Positions 30,012-41,244 of a stretch of 64,000 nucleotides of DNA are shown here, in pieces. The notes beneath the pieces were generated by a model, which searched no databases, was not told the DNA's origin, and was given only the letters and a program-made list of their open reading frames with translations. Position 1 is the first letter of the stretch. Each line of letters begins with the position of its first letter. The stretch comes from an uncultured bacterium (lineage in GTDB: Bacteria > Planctomycetota > UBA1135 > GCA-002686595): the NCBI GenBank assembly GCA_943787795.1, contig CALSNU010000002.1:672001-736000 (forward strand), in the 5' to 3' direction. The translations under genes and the position numbers were made by a program.

Positions 30012-30335
30012 CGATCAGATCGAGGCGGAGCTGGCCTGTCGGAGACAGCGCCCTGGCCGTCGGCGGAGATCGCCCCTTCATCCGCCGGCGAGTCCTGAGC
30101 TGTTCCTGAACGCCGGCGGGTCGAACGGGAATATGGGCGAGGAGGGTGGGTGCCTCGTCTCCTTGGTAGCCGATAGCTCCCCCTAGGCGGGACCCTATGC
30201 CGTTCGACCGCCTCGCAGCGGCGCACCGCGAGAAGGTGTCAAGGAGTCATGTACGTAGCCCCCTTCATGGCTCTGCAGTGCGGTAAGTTTCGCGGGGAGT
30301 GTCCGTGGCGGCGTTCCCACCACCTACCGATCAAG

Positions 30336-31339
30336 ATGAAGATTCTCCTCACTGGTGCCGCTGGTTTCATAGGAATGCACACGGCCCTGCGCCTGCTAGA
30401 GCGGGGTGACGAGGTCGTCGGTGTCGACAACCTGAACGACTACTACGACCCCACCCTGAAAGAGGCCCGCCTCGCTCGCCTGCAAGAGCACGCGGGCTTC
30501 ACCTTCCACCGCCTCTCCATCGAGGATGAAGCCGCGGTGGCGAAGGTGATGAAGTCGGCGGGACCTCAGCGGGTCGTGCACCTCGCGGCGCAGGCGGGGG
30601 TCAGGTACTCCTTGACCAACCCGAAGGCGTATATCGACGCCAACCTGCAAGGCACGCTCTCGATCCTCGAGGGGTGCAGGCACCACGCCGTGGAGCATCT
30701 CGCGTATGCGAGCAGCTCAAGCGTCTACGGCGGTAATAAGCGCTTGCCGTTCGCGGAGTCGCAGAGCGTGGATCACCCGGTCAGCCTCTACGCGGCGACG
30801 AAGAAGTCGAACGAGTTGATGGCGCACACCTACAGCCACCTCTTCGATCTTCCGACGACTGGGCTTCGTTTCTTCACGGTCTATGGACCCTGGGGTAGGC
30901 CCGACATGGCCCTCTTTCTCTTCGCCAAGGCGATCCTCGACGGGCGGCCGATCGACGTCTTCAACCACGGGAAGATGACCCGGGACTTCACGTACGTCGA
31001 TGACATTGTCGAGGGGGTGATCCGCGTCCTCGACAAGCCGGCGACGCCCGCGTCGACGTTCGATCCGCTCGACCCGGACCCCTCGACGAGTTCCGCACCT
31101 TACCGCGTCTTTAACATCGGTAATTCACAGCCGACGCCGCTGATGGACTACATCGGCGCGTTGGAGAAGGAGCTCGGGATGGTCGCGGAGAAGAACTTCC
31201 TCCCCATCCAGCCGGGGGATGTGACCGCGACCAGCTCGGACACCTCGGCGCTTGAGGAGTGGGTCGGCTTTCGGCCCAAGACGACTGTTGAAGACGGCGT
31301 GGGCCGCTTCGTGGCCTGGTATCGGGAGTACTACCAGCA

Positions 31340-31343
<4 letters not shown>
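30336..31343 (+). CDS. UDP-glucuronate 4-epimerase-type NAD-dependent epimerase
   Basis: [40 protein letters not shown]. Confidence 0.95.
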
Positions 31344-32617
<1,274 letters not shown>

Positions 32618-32726
32618 TGAAGAAGCGCCTGTCGCGGGAGATTCTGAGGCAAATGGGGACCAGGCCCGTGGGCCGCCATCGTGCGGATATGTGGCCCTGT
32701 GGCGCTCTCGGAGAGGGCGGAGCTCG

Positions 32727-33854
32727 ATGAGAGTTGCTTACTACTCGAACCAGTTCGTGGCAAGCCGGGGGCACGGGATCACCCGCTACTCCCGGAGCCT
32801 GTTCCGCGCCCTTCGGGCGACTCAGGCGTCGCTCGAGGTCGTCCCCGTGACAAGCTGGAGCCCGGAGTCGATCGAGGGCTTCGACGCGCTCCGTGAGGAC
32901 ACCGGAATCGAGGTCCTGCCCTGGGGACGGCGGCTCACGCCGCTTGCCTGGACCCTCCTTGGCGCGCCCGCAATCGAGCGCTGGCTCACGCCAGGATTCG
33001 ACCTGCTCCATGTTCTCGCGCTGGGATACCCGGTGCCCTCGCGCCTGCCCTGGGTGGTCACGATTCATGACATCGGGCCGTTGACCCATCCGCAGTACTT
33101 TCCGAAGTCAGACGCCGCGTTGATGAGGCGTGGACTCCGGCAAGCGGCCAGGTCCGCATCGGCGATGATCTGCGTTTCGCAGGCGACCGCGGACGAGGTG
33201 GAGGCTCACCTCGGTGGCACCGTTGCGGACAGGCTGCACGTTGTTGGGGAGGGGGTCACCCGTCGCGCGCGGTCGAACCCAGAGGGACCGCAGGCCGAAG
33301 TTGCGGACGGGCTTCCGGTCGGGACTCCCTTCCTCCTCGCCGCTGGCGGCGCGAGCCCCAGGAAGAACCTCGGGAGGCTGCTGTCATCGTTCGAGGGGCT
33401 GGCGGATCGGATCCCTCACCACCTGGTGCTTGTGGGGGGGAGTGGTTGGGGTCACTGCGACCTCGCCGCGAGGATCGAGGCGTCGTCATTCACAGACCGG
33501 ATCCACCGCCTCGGCTACGTCACGGACGACCAACTGGATGCCCTCTACGGTGCGGCGGCAGCCTTCGTTCACGTGTCTCTCTTTGAGGGGTTCGGCCTGC
33601 CCTTGCTTGAGGCCATGGAGGCGAGATGTCCGGTGGTGACCTCGAGCGTGTCGTCCCTGCCGGAGGTCGCAGGTGACGCCGCTGTCCTGGTGGATCCACA
33701 CGACGTGGAGGCCATCTCAGAGGGCATCCTTGCGGTCGTCTCAAGCGCCGATCTATCGGCTGAACTGGTGGAGAAGGGAGAGCTTCGGGTGAGCGAATTT
33801 ACCTGGGAAGCATGCGCTCGTCAGGTGGCCGACATCTACCGAGGAATCGCATGA
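32727..33854 (+). CDS. GT4 glycosyltransferase (MtfB-like)
   Basis: GITRY, VTIHD, PRKNL, SLFEGFGLPLLEAM, SLPEVAG. Confidence 0.92.
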   Translation: MRVAYYSNQFVASRGHGITRYSRSLFRALRATQASLEVVPVTSWSPESIEGFDALREDTGIEVLPWGRRLTPLAWTLLGAPAIERWLTPGFDLLHVLALGYPVPSRLPWVVTIHDIGPLTHPQYFPKSDAALMRRGLRQAARSASAMICVSQATADEVEAHLGGTVADRLHVVGEGVTRRARSNPEGPQAEVADGLPVGTPFLLAAGGASPRKNLGRLLSSFEGLADRIPHHLVLVGGSGWGHCDLAARIEASSFTDRIHRLGYVTDDQLDALYGAAAAFVHVSLFEGFGLPLLEAMEARCPVVTSSVSSLPEVAGDAAVLVDPHDVEAISEGILAVVSSADLSAELVEKGELRVSEFTWEACARQVADIYRGIA

Positions 33855-34837
33855 GCGCGGCGGGTCAACTGCCTGGGGCCTTCATGTTCTCGATGGACTT
33901 CGAGCTCTACTGGGGCGTGCTGCACAATCGGAGCCTTGACGACTATCGCGACAGGCTCCTGGGTGGACGCGAGGCGATCCCGAAGATCCTCGCGCTGGCT
34001 GAGAGGTACGGGGTGCACGCCACGTGGGCCACGGTGGGGTTTCTCTTCCTGGATGGTCTTGAGGACTTCGAGCGATTCCGTCCGGCTATGGAGCCTTCCT
34101 ATTCGGACCACCGATACTCGCCCTACGATTTTGTGGATCGCCTTGAGGGTCGGATCCCGCATGAGCTGCTCTTCGCGCGCGAACTTGTGAAGCAGATTGC
34201 GGCCACGCCTGGCCAAGAGGTTGCGACGCACACCTACTCGCACTTCGACTGCCAAGCTGAGGGGGTCTCGCTGGCCGAATTCGACGCTGACATCGCCGCC
34301 GCGTGCGAGGTTGGGTTGGAGCTCAGGATCGAGACCCAGAGCATTGTCTTTCCCCGGAATCAGTTCCTTCCTGCGCACCTGGAGGTGATCCGAAGTCACG
34401 GCATCAGGGCCTTCCGCGGAAACCCGGACCATTGGGCATACAACTTCTCAGGGGGCGCGCACGCAGAGTCGAGATGCCGGAGGTTCAGGATGTTGGATGC
34501 CCACATCGATCTCTCTGGGCCCCTGACCTCCGAGTGGTCAGGTCGAGGTGCGGAGCCACCCGCCGACCTGCCTGCGAGTTGGTTCCTTCGGCCGGAGCGC
34601 CCGGGCTTGGCGCCTCTACGCTGGATGCGTCTCCGACGCATCAAGCGCGCGATGGATCACGCGGCGCGCACGGGAACGGTCTTTCACCTGTGGGCCCACC
34701 CGCACAACTTCGGCGGCGATGTCGAGAGGAGCACCTGGTTCCTGGGGGAGGTCTTCAAGCACTACGAGCACCTTCGAGAGCGCGAGGGGATGAGGTCCAT
34801 GAGCATGGGCGAGGCCTCTGAGGCTGCTCGTGGGTGA
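33851..34837 (+). CDS. Polysaccharide deacetylase (CE4-like)
   Basis: SMDFELYWG, ATWATVG, EVATHTYSH, VFPRNQ, HLWAHPHN. Confidence 0.9.
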   Translation: MSAAGQLPGAFMFSMDFELYWGVLHNRSLDDYRDRLLGGREAIPKILALAERYGVHATWATVGFLFLDGLEDFERFRPAMEPSYSDHRYSPYDFVDRLEGRIPHELLFARELVKQIAATPGQEVATHTYSHFDCQAEGVSLAEFDADIAAACEVGLELRIETQSIVFPRNQFLPAHLEVIRSHGIRAFRGNPDHWAYNFSGGAHAESRCRRFRMLDAHIDLSGPLTSEWSGRGAEPPADLPASWFLRPERPGLAPLRWMRLRRIKRAMDHAARTGTVFHLWAHPHNFGGDVERSTWFLGEVFKHYEHLREREGMRSMSMGEASEAARG

Positions 34838-35035
34838 GCGGTTCGATCCCCTAGGCCACTCCTCGCGTATCCTGACTTCGCCGCAATCGCTCCAGCCTCG
34901 GCGAGGTGTCGATCGATCATCACCTGCAGTGGGACGGTAAGCCCCCAACCACCACCAGCTTCGTCCGACGATACGCTCTTCGCTCATTTGCAGTCTCTCC
35001 TCTTCGCGGACTGAGCCTCCTCAACCCAAAGCACC

Positions 35036-36196
35036 GTGGAACCTGTTCGTGTACTCCGGATTCAATCGAGGATCTGCATCGGTGGGCCTTCGTTGAATAC
35101 GACCTACCTGTCTCAGTACCTCGCCCCTCTTGGATACGAGACCATCCTGGCTGGAGGTGCTCTCGACGACGGAGACCAGAGTTCGATCCCGGAGGCGAAG
35201 CGTCGCGGGGTGGAGGTCGTTGAGCTTGGTTCCATGCGACGATCCCTGGGCCCTGTCGCGGATCTCCTCGCGGTCTGGCAGATCATCCGCTTGATCCGCA
35301 AGTTCCGCCCCAGCGTCGTCCACACTCACACGGCCAAGGCCGGTGCGATCGGACGTTTCGCCGCGTGGCTATGTCGTGTCCCTGTTGTCGTCCATACCTT
35401 CCACGGACACGTCTTCGAGGGCTACTTCACGCCTCGGGTCAGTCGGATGTTCCAGCGGGTAGAGCGGGTGCTGGCGGGTATGTCAGATCGGATCATCGCG
35501 ATCAGTCCCTCTCAACTCACAGACCTGTCATCGAGATTCAAGATCGCCAGGCCTGAGAAGTTCGCGTGTATCCCCCTCGGCTTCGAGCTTGATCAATTCA
35601 AGAACTGTGGCGAGCACTTGGGGGAACTTCGAGCTGAGTTCGGCCTCGGCGCCGAGGTCGTCCTCGTTGGTCTCATCGGTCGGCTGGTGCCGATCAAGAA
35701 CCACAGGCTGCTCCTTGAGGCCATTGCCAGATTGGACGTGACGGCGGAGGTCCGCTTCTTCATCGTCGGCGACGGACACATACGCAGGGAGCTCGAGCAA
35801 AAGGCGACCGACTTGGGCATCGCAGACCGGGTGATCTTCACAGGCGCACGGTATGACACGGCGCGGATCTATGCGGACCTCGATATCGTGGCCCTGACCT
35901 CGATCAATGAGGGAACGCCGGTGACGCTCATCGAGGCGATGGCGGCGGGCAAGTCGATCGTGACCACGGATGTCGGGGGGATTCGAGACATCCTCCCCAA
36001 GGGCTACGGAGCCGTGGTTCCCAGTGGCGACGTGGCGGCATTCGCGGAGGCCCTGGCGAGGTTCATCGACGACGAGGGCGCTCGTGCGTCAGCGGTGAAC
36101 GCGTCGCAGGCTGACATCGCTCGCTTTGAGGTCGACCGTCTCGCAGGCGACGTTGATCGGCTCTATCGCTCACTCCTTAACCTGGAGCCCCGTTGA
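35036..36196 (+). CDS. GT4 glycosyltransferase
   Basis: VHTHTAKAG, HTFHG, GRLVPIKN, SINEGTPVTLIEAM. Confidence 0.92.
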   Translation: MEPVRVLRIQSRICIGGPSLNTTYLSQYLAPLGYETILAGGALDDGDQSSIPEAKRRGVEVVELGSMRRSLGPVADLLAVWQIIRLIRKFRPSVVHTHTAKAGAIGRFAAWLCRVPVVVHTFHGHVFEGYFTPRVSRMFQRVERVLAGMSDRIIAISPSQLTDLSSRFKIARPEKFACIPLGFELDQFKNCGEHLGELRAEFGLGAEVVLVGLIGRLVPIKNHRLLLEAIARLDVTAEVRFFIVGDGHIRRELEQKATDLGIADRVIFTGARYDTARIYADLDIVALTSINEGTPVTLIEAMAAGKSIVTTDVGGIRDILPKGYGAVVPSGDVAAFAEALARFIDDEGARASAVNASQADIARFEVDRLAGDVDRLYRSLLNLEPR

Positions 36197-36284
36197 TCCT
36201 GGACGAGGACCGTGGCGGTTCGGAGTCGCCCCGGACGGGACGCCCTCGCGCACGGCTGGTAGCCCCATCGGGGCGGTATTCCTG

Positions 36285-37406
36285 ATGAAGCAGACAGTAG
36301 TGCACCTCATCAACGACCTGGAGCGGGCGGGCGCGCAGCAGATGGTGCTCTCGATCGTCAGGGCGCATGACCGGGAGCGCTTCGAGCCGGTGGTCGTCAT
36401 GTGGGGGGGGCCTGGCGACCTGAAGCGCGCCTTCGCGGAGCTTGGAGTGGAGGTGGTCGACCTCGGCGCGCGACGCAAGCTGAGTGCCGAGGCGTCCTGG
36501 AGGCTCGTGGGGCAGTTGAGGCGCCGGAAGCTCGCCGTGATTCACACCCACTTGTTTCACATGCATGTGATGGGGCGCCTCGCTGCACTTCTCGCAGGGA
36601 GTCAGGTCGTGGTCTCAACACACCACAACCTTCGTTCGGGCAATCACCCTCTCATGCGGGTGGCGGAGCGGTGGACCCGGCCTTTGACCACCGCAACCAC
36701 CGCCGTGACCGAGGCAGCGGAGTCGACATACTTCGGCGATAGCGCGCCGTTCTCAGAGGAGCTCTTCCTCGAAGGACGTCGCCACTTCACGATCTCGAAC
36801 GGTCTTGCGACGGAAGATCTTGATGGGGTCCGGCGCGATACGGACCGGGCAGCCGTCCGCGCTGAGCTTGGCCTCGAGGGCGACTTCGTCCTGGCCTGCG
36901 TCGGACGCCTTCACCCGAGCAAGGGCCACGAGGATCTGTTGCAAGCGATGAGTGAGGTCGTACGGGTGAACGACGGTGTGAGGCTCCTCTTGGTGGGTGA
37001 GGGCGCGCTTCGCCCCGCGCTGGAGTCATTGATCCAGGAGCTCCGATTGGGTTCCGTGGTGACCCTCCTCGGGCATCGGTCCGATGCTGCGCGGATTGTC
37101 GCGGCGTCAGACGCCTTCGTTCTCCCCTCTGTGGTCGAGGGCTTCGGGCTCGCGGTGGCCGAGGCGATGATGTTGGGGGTGCCTGTCATCGCGACGAACC
37201 TAGACTCGATCCAGGAGGTCGTTGGGCCATGCGGGGTACTCGTCCCCCCCCGATCACCCCACGCGTTAGCGGATGCGATACTCAGTCTCGTGAAGGACCG
37301 ACCGCAGCGATCCGAGGAAGGCATGGATCGCGTACGAGATCGATTTGATATCCGTGCCGTGGTGCGCCAGTACGAGCAGCTCTACGCTCTTCTCATTGAC
37401 TTGTAG
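36285..37406 (+). CDS. GT4 glycosyltransferase
   Basis: IHTH, GRLHPSKG, PSVVEGFGLAVAEAM. Confidence 0.92.
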   Translation: MKQTVVHLINDLERAGAQQMVLSIVRAHDRERFEPVVVMWGGPGDLKRAFAELGVEVVDLGARRKLSAEASWRLVGQLRRRKLAVIHTHLFHMHVMGRLAALLAGSQVVVSTHHNLRSGNHPLMRVAERWTRPLTTATTAVTEAAESTYFGDSAPFSEELFLEGRRHFTISNGLATEDLDGVRRDTDRAAVRAELGLEGDFVLACVGRLHPSKGHEDLLQAMSEVVRVNDGVRLLLVGEGALRPALESLIQELRLGSVVTLLGHRSDAARIVAASDAFVLPSVVEGFGLAVAEAMMLGVPVIATNLDSIQEVVGPCGVLVPPRSPHALADAILSLVKDRPQRSEEGMDRVRDRFDIRAVVRQYEQLYALLIDL

Positions 37407-37546
37407 GCCGGCCAGTAGGATCGGTGTACTGTTCCGATGACAACGCCGCGCGTTAGTGTGGGGCTAATGGCCCAGTCTAGACGTTACGTGGGGGTCCCGA
37501 TGCAGACCTAGCCATGCTGCAGGTACTTGGACGAGAGAAATAAACC

Positions 37547-38299
37547 TTGAAGGCGACTCATCTCTACTTTCTAAATCGCGTCGAAGCACTTCAGTCCTCT
37601 TCGTGCGCTTGGAGCACGCTCGACTTTGGTTGCGGGCACGGTGAGGTTGTTCAGGAGGGAGTGCGTCGTGGCCTCGACATGTTTGGGTGCGAGTACGCCG
37701 GGCCAGGGGGCCACCTGGATATTCCTGAGCACATCTCAGAGGCTGGCCTCGCGGACCGAGTCCGGCTCACTGACGGGAAGGTGATTCCCTTCGATGACGG
37801 CGCCTTTGACCTCGTCATCTCCAATCAGGTCTTCGAGCACATTCCTAACTTCAACGAGAACCTACGGGAGATAGGACGCGTTCTCGGCGGCGGCGGGACC
37901 TTCATCAACTTCTTCCCGCACAAGGGCACCGTCTTCGAGGTCCATTGCCGAGCCCCCATGCCGCACTGGTTCGGAAGCAACGTGGTCCGGGCTCCGCTGT
38001 TGCTTGCCGGGAAGCTCTCAGGTCTTGGTCGCCGAAAGAAGGAGCGGAACCCCATTCGTTGGGTCCGCTTCTGGTTGAGTTGGCTTGAGGGGAACACGTT
38101 CTACCGAAGCAAGCGCGATGTCCTGAGGTCGTATCGAGATGAGGGATTCCAAGATGTCGAGATCGATACCCTTGGTTACGTCCTTGCCCGCCACCGAGGG
38201 TCGACCTGGGCCCTGATCCGATTCATGCCCTTCTCTGAGCGCCTCGCGCAGCGTTTCTTCGGGCTGATGATCGTCGCACGCAAGGGGCCTCGAGATTAG
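37547..38299 (+). CDS. Class I SAM-dependent methyltransferase
   Basis: LDFGCGHG, IPFDDGAFDLVISNQVFEH. Confidence 0.88.
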   Translation: MKATHLYFLNRVEALQSSSCAWSTLDFGCGHGEVVQEGVRRGLDMFGCEYAGPGGHLDIPEHISEAGLADRVRLTDGKVIPFDDGAFDLVISNQVFEHIPNFNENLREIGRVLGGGGTFINFFPHKGTVFEVHCRAPMPHWFGSNVVRAPLLLAGKLSGLGRRKKERNPIRWVRFWLSWLEGNTFYRSKRDVLRSYRDEGFQDVEIDTLGYVLARHRGSTWALIRFMPFSERLAQRFFGLMIVARKGPRD

Positions 38300-38628
38300 G
38301 GAGGCACTGGGTCGGGGCTTCCCACGCCCAGGGGAGGCGTTGACCTCGAGCCGCTCGCGGGGCGTTGCCTGAGGCGGTGTTGCGGGCGGTGGCCTCGTGT
38401 GAGAGACCATGAGTTGCCGCTGATTCTGTAGTTGGGGACCCCACCCCCTCCATCAATGGGCGCTCGACGGCGTCGGCCATCGACACCTCCGTCTTCTATG
38501 GGGTATTGTGGAAGTACCGCGGCCTCATTCGTCCTTCCTTGACGGATGGGTGAGGGGTGGGCGGTGTCGAGGCGTGGCCTCGGTGCCCCGGTCTCTGGTG
38601 CCGCCAGCCCTGCCAGGTCAGGCTTGAT

Positions 38629-39426
38629 ATGGATCAGCCTTCGAATTCGGGATCTTCCCATCCGCGCGCGGCGGCCCCCTTGGATGGGGTGGGAGAGGCT
38701 GTAGGAGAGCGGGTTTGTCGGAGTCAGGCTCCGGCTCGGGGGGGCGAGCGGTGGGCCTCCAGGAGGGCGCGGCGGAAGGTCGGATATCGGATCGGGGCCA
38801 CGGTGGGGGCGGTGTTCCTGGCGGTGTTCTCTTGGGGGGACGATGGGCAGGTGCTGGCCAAGGGGCCGGCGAATCCTGGGCATGGGGCGTTGGAGTGCGC
38901 GGACTGTCATGACTCGGCGCCGGGGACGGTGCGGCAGCAGGTCCAGGCGGCGGTGGCCTTCGGGCTGGGGCTGCGGGAGACGGCGCCGGCTATCGGGCGG
39001 CTGCCGGTGACGAATCGGATCTGCCTCGACTGCCACGAGCGGGAGGAGGACCACCACCCCACCCACGTGTTCACCCAGCCCAAGTACGCGGACGAGCGGG
39101 AGGAGATCGCGGCGCACCTGTGCATCACCTGCCACCGCGAGCACAGCGGGCGGCACGTGGAGAATACGGGGCAGTTCTGCGCGACGTGCCACTCGGGGAT
39201 GGAGGTGCGGGAGGATCGGATGACGCCGACCCACGCGGCCCTGGCCGCGGAGGAGCGGTGGGACACCTGCCTGCGCTGTCACGACTTCCATGGGAACCAC
39301 CACCACGAGTGGCCCGAGTCGTTGGAGGAGGCGTTCGGGGGCCGGGAGGTCCTTCGCCACCTGGACAGCGGGACGCCTATGTACGGAGAGAAACGGGAAC
39401 CGGCGCGGACGTCGCGCGACCGATAG
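38629..39426 (+). CDS. Membrane-anchored pentaheme c-type cytochrome
   Basis: Five CxxCH motifs (CADCH, CLDCH, CITCH, CATCH, CLRCH) after an N-terminal TM; start uncertain. Confidence 0.88.
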   Translation: MDQPSNSGSSHPRAAAPLDGVGEAVGERVCRSQAPARGGERWASRRARRKVGYRIGATVGAVFLAVFSWGDDGQVLAKGPANPGHGALECADCHDSAPGTVRQQVQAAVAFGLGLRETAPAIGRLPVTNRICLDCHEREEDHHPTHVFTQPKYADEREEIAAHLCITCHREHSGRHVENTGQFCATCHSGMEVREDRMTPTHAALAAEERWDTCLRCHDFHGNHHHEWPESLEEAFGGREVLRHLDSGTPMYGEKREPARTSRDR

Positions 39427-39442
39427 GGTCAGGGTGCTTCTG

Positions 39443-40261
39443 ATGTTTGTCCGAGCCTCCGTCCTCCTCGGCCTCGCGGCCCTCTGCATCTACCTCTTCG
39501 TGACGGCGCCGCCGCCGCTGGAGGAGGAGGGCGCGGTGGAGGCCTCGGTGCCCATCGAGGAGGCCTTCGCGGTGCTGGCGCGGGAAAACGACGTCGCGCG
39601 GACGCTGTGGACCCGCGAGATCGTGGGCGCGGGCAAGAAGGTGGGCCTGAGCTTCGCCGAGGACTGGGAGGACGACGGGGTGGACGCGGGGCCGCTGCCG
39701 GCGCTCTTCCTCAAGGAGACCTCCCGGCAGCTCAACCGCAAGCCGGCGCCCCTGGCGCTCTACCTCGGCTCCGACGCGCCGATCGTCGAGGGGAACCGCT
39801 TCGATGGACAGCAGGCCGAGGAGTTCGCCCAGCTGCGCGCCACGGGCGACCCGCGGTTCTTCCTGGACCTCGAGTTCGGACTGCAGACGGCGATGTTCCC
39901 CGACGTCGCCGGCGCGGACGCCTGCGTGACCTGTCACAACGCCCACGTGGACTCGCCCCGGGACGACTGGGCGCGGGGCGACGTGATGGGGGCGACGACC
40001 TGGACCTACCCCGAGGCCACCGTCTCCCTCGACCGGCTCGTGGAGCTGATGGACGTCTACCGCGAGTGCACGCGCCTCGCCTACGAGCGCTACCTCGCCA
40101 AGGCCGCGACCTTCGAGGAGCCGCCCCCCGTGGGGGACCGCTGGCCCCGCGAAGGTGAGCGCGTCCTCCCGAGCGCGGACGTCTTCATGGAGGAGATCGA
40201 GCGCAGCGTCTCCCGGGACACCGTCGCGTCGCTCATCGGCCTCGTCAGGTCGCGCCGCTGA
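39443..40261 (+). CDS. Monoheme c protein, DUF3365/Tll0287-like
   Basis: N-terminal TM; PLPALF, SDAPI..N, ACVTCHNAH..W..GDVMGA. Confidence 0.8.
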   Translation: MFVRASVLLGLAALCIYLFVTAPPPLEEEGAVEASVPIEEAFAVLARENDVARTLWTREIVGAGKKVGLSFAEDWEDDGVDAGPLPALFLKETSRQLNRKPAPLALYLGSDAPIVEGNRFDGQQAEEFAQLRATGDPRFFLDLEFGLQTAMFPDVAGADACVTCHNAHVDSPRDDWARGDVMGATTWTYPEATVSLDRLVELMDVYRECTRLAYERYLAKAATFEEPPPVGDRWPREGERVLPSADVFMEEIERSVSRDTVASLIGLVRSRR

Positions 40262-40263
40262 CC

Positions 40264-40746
40264 GTGCGCTACCCCGCCCACACGAGGCGCCCGATCTTCT
40301 GGGGCACCCTCGCGCTGGTCCTCGCGCTGCTGCCCTTCCTGGGCGTGCCCACGCCCGAGGGCCTGCGGTCGATCTACGCGGACCCCACCTACCGCGTGGT
40401 GACCGGCTTCGCCCTCACCGTCCTCGTCGCGTTCCAGTGGGCCTACGTGGTCCTGCGGCGGCGCCCGGGGACCGACGTGAAGGCGCTGCTGGTCCAGCAC
40501 CTCTGGATCGGCGCGGCGGCGCCGATCCTGCTGATGATCCACGCCCTGTCCTCGGGCTACGGCTACCAGGCCGCGCTCGTCTGGGTCTTCCTCGCGAACT
40601 GCGTCCTCGGCCTGCTCAGCCCACGGATCCCCGGGCGTCAGCTCCGAGGGCTCGAGCGGCTCTGGCTCCCGCTCCACATCGCGGGCTCCATCAGCGTCGT
40701 CGCGCTGATCGCCATCCACGTGGTGGTCGTGACGCGCTACCACTGA
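40264..40746 (+). CDS. Four-TM membrane protein with heme-b-ligand-like histidines
   Basis: QHLWIG..IHAL and LHIAG..IHVV His pairs on two helices. Confidence 0.7.
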   Translation: MRYPAHTRRPIFWGTLALVLALLPFLGVPTPEGLRSIYADPTYRVVTGFALTVLVAFQWAYVVLRRRPGTDVKALLVQHLWIGAAAPILLMIHALSSGYGYQAALVWVFLANCVLGLLSPRIPGRQLRGLERLWLPLHIAGSISVVALIAIHVVVVTRYH

Positions 40747-40759
40747 GCGGCGCCGCCGC

Positions 40760-40978
40760 TCAGCCGCCGAGGAACAGGTCGAGGACGCTGTCCGCGGTGC
40801 TGACGGTCTTCTTGAAGAACTCCGTGTAGCCGCAGTCGCTGCAGGTGATGTGCGTGAAGCGCTGGTTCTGGATGTCGAAGAAGCGGGAGAGGCCGTCGCC
40901 TGTGGTGCGGATGACGCCGTGATCGAACTGGCGGCACTGGCACTTGGGACACTCGTACTGATGGCGCTCTTGGGGCAT
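40760..40978 (-). CDS. Zn-ribbon protein (DUF2082-like)
   Basis: CPKC..SRFFDIQN..CSDCGYTEFF. Confidence 0.85.
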   Translation of the reverse strand: MPQERHQYECPKCQCRQFDHGVIRTTGDGLSRFFDIQNQRFTHITCSDCGYTEFFKKTVSTADSVLDLFLGG

Positions 40979-41244
40979 GGGGGCTCCGTCTTGGGGTGGA
41001 TTCGGGTCGGGCCGGGGGCGGGCACGCCTCGCGGGCCAGGGGTCATTACGGGGCAGCCGTGAGGTTATTCACGGCCGGGCAAGGGGTCCCTGGGGGCCGC
41101 CGGGGCCCGCTCGGCCCATTGGGACCGATTGACGCGCATGGTCCGGGCTTCGGTGCGTAGCCTCGATCGAAGCGGGCCGATAGGTGCCGCAGGGGAGCCG
41201 CCCTCCCCGAACCACTCGCCCCCGCGGCGAAGGAGACCCCAGAC

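Noticed and set aside
34836..34862. tRNA T-arm-like GGTTCGATCCC as an att site or tRNA fragment
   Set aside because: The stem is mismatched and no cloverleaf, acceptor stem or integrase is present
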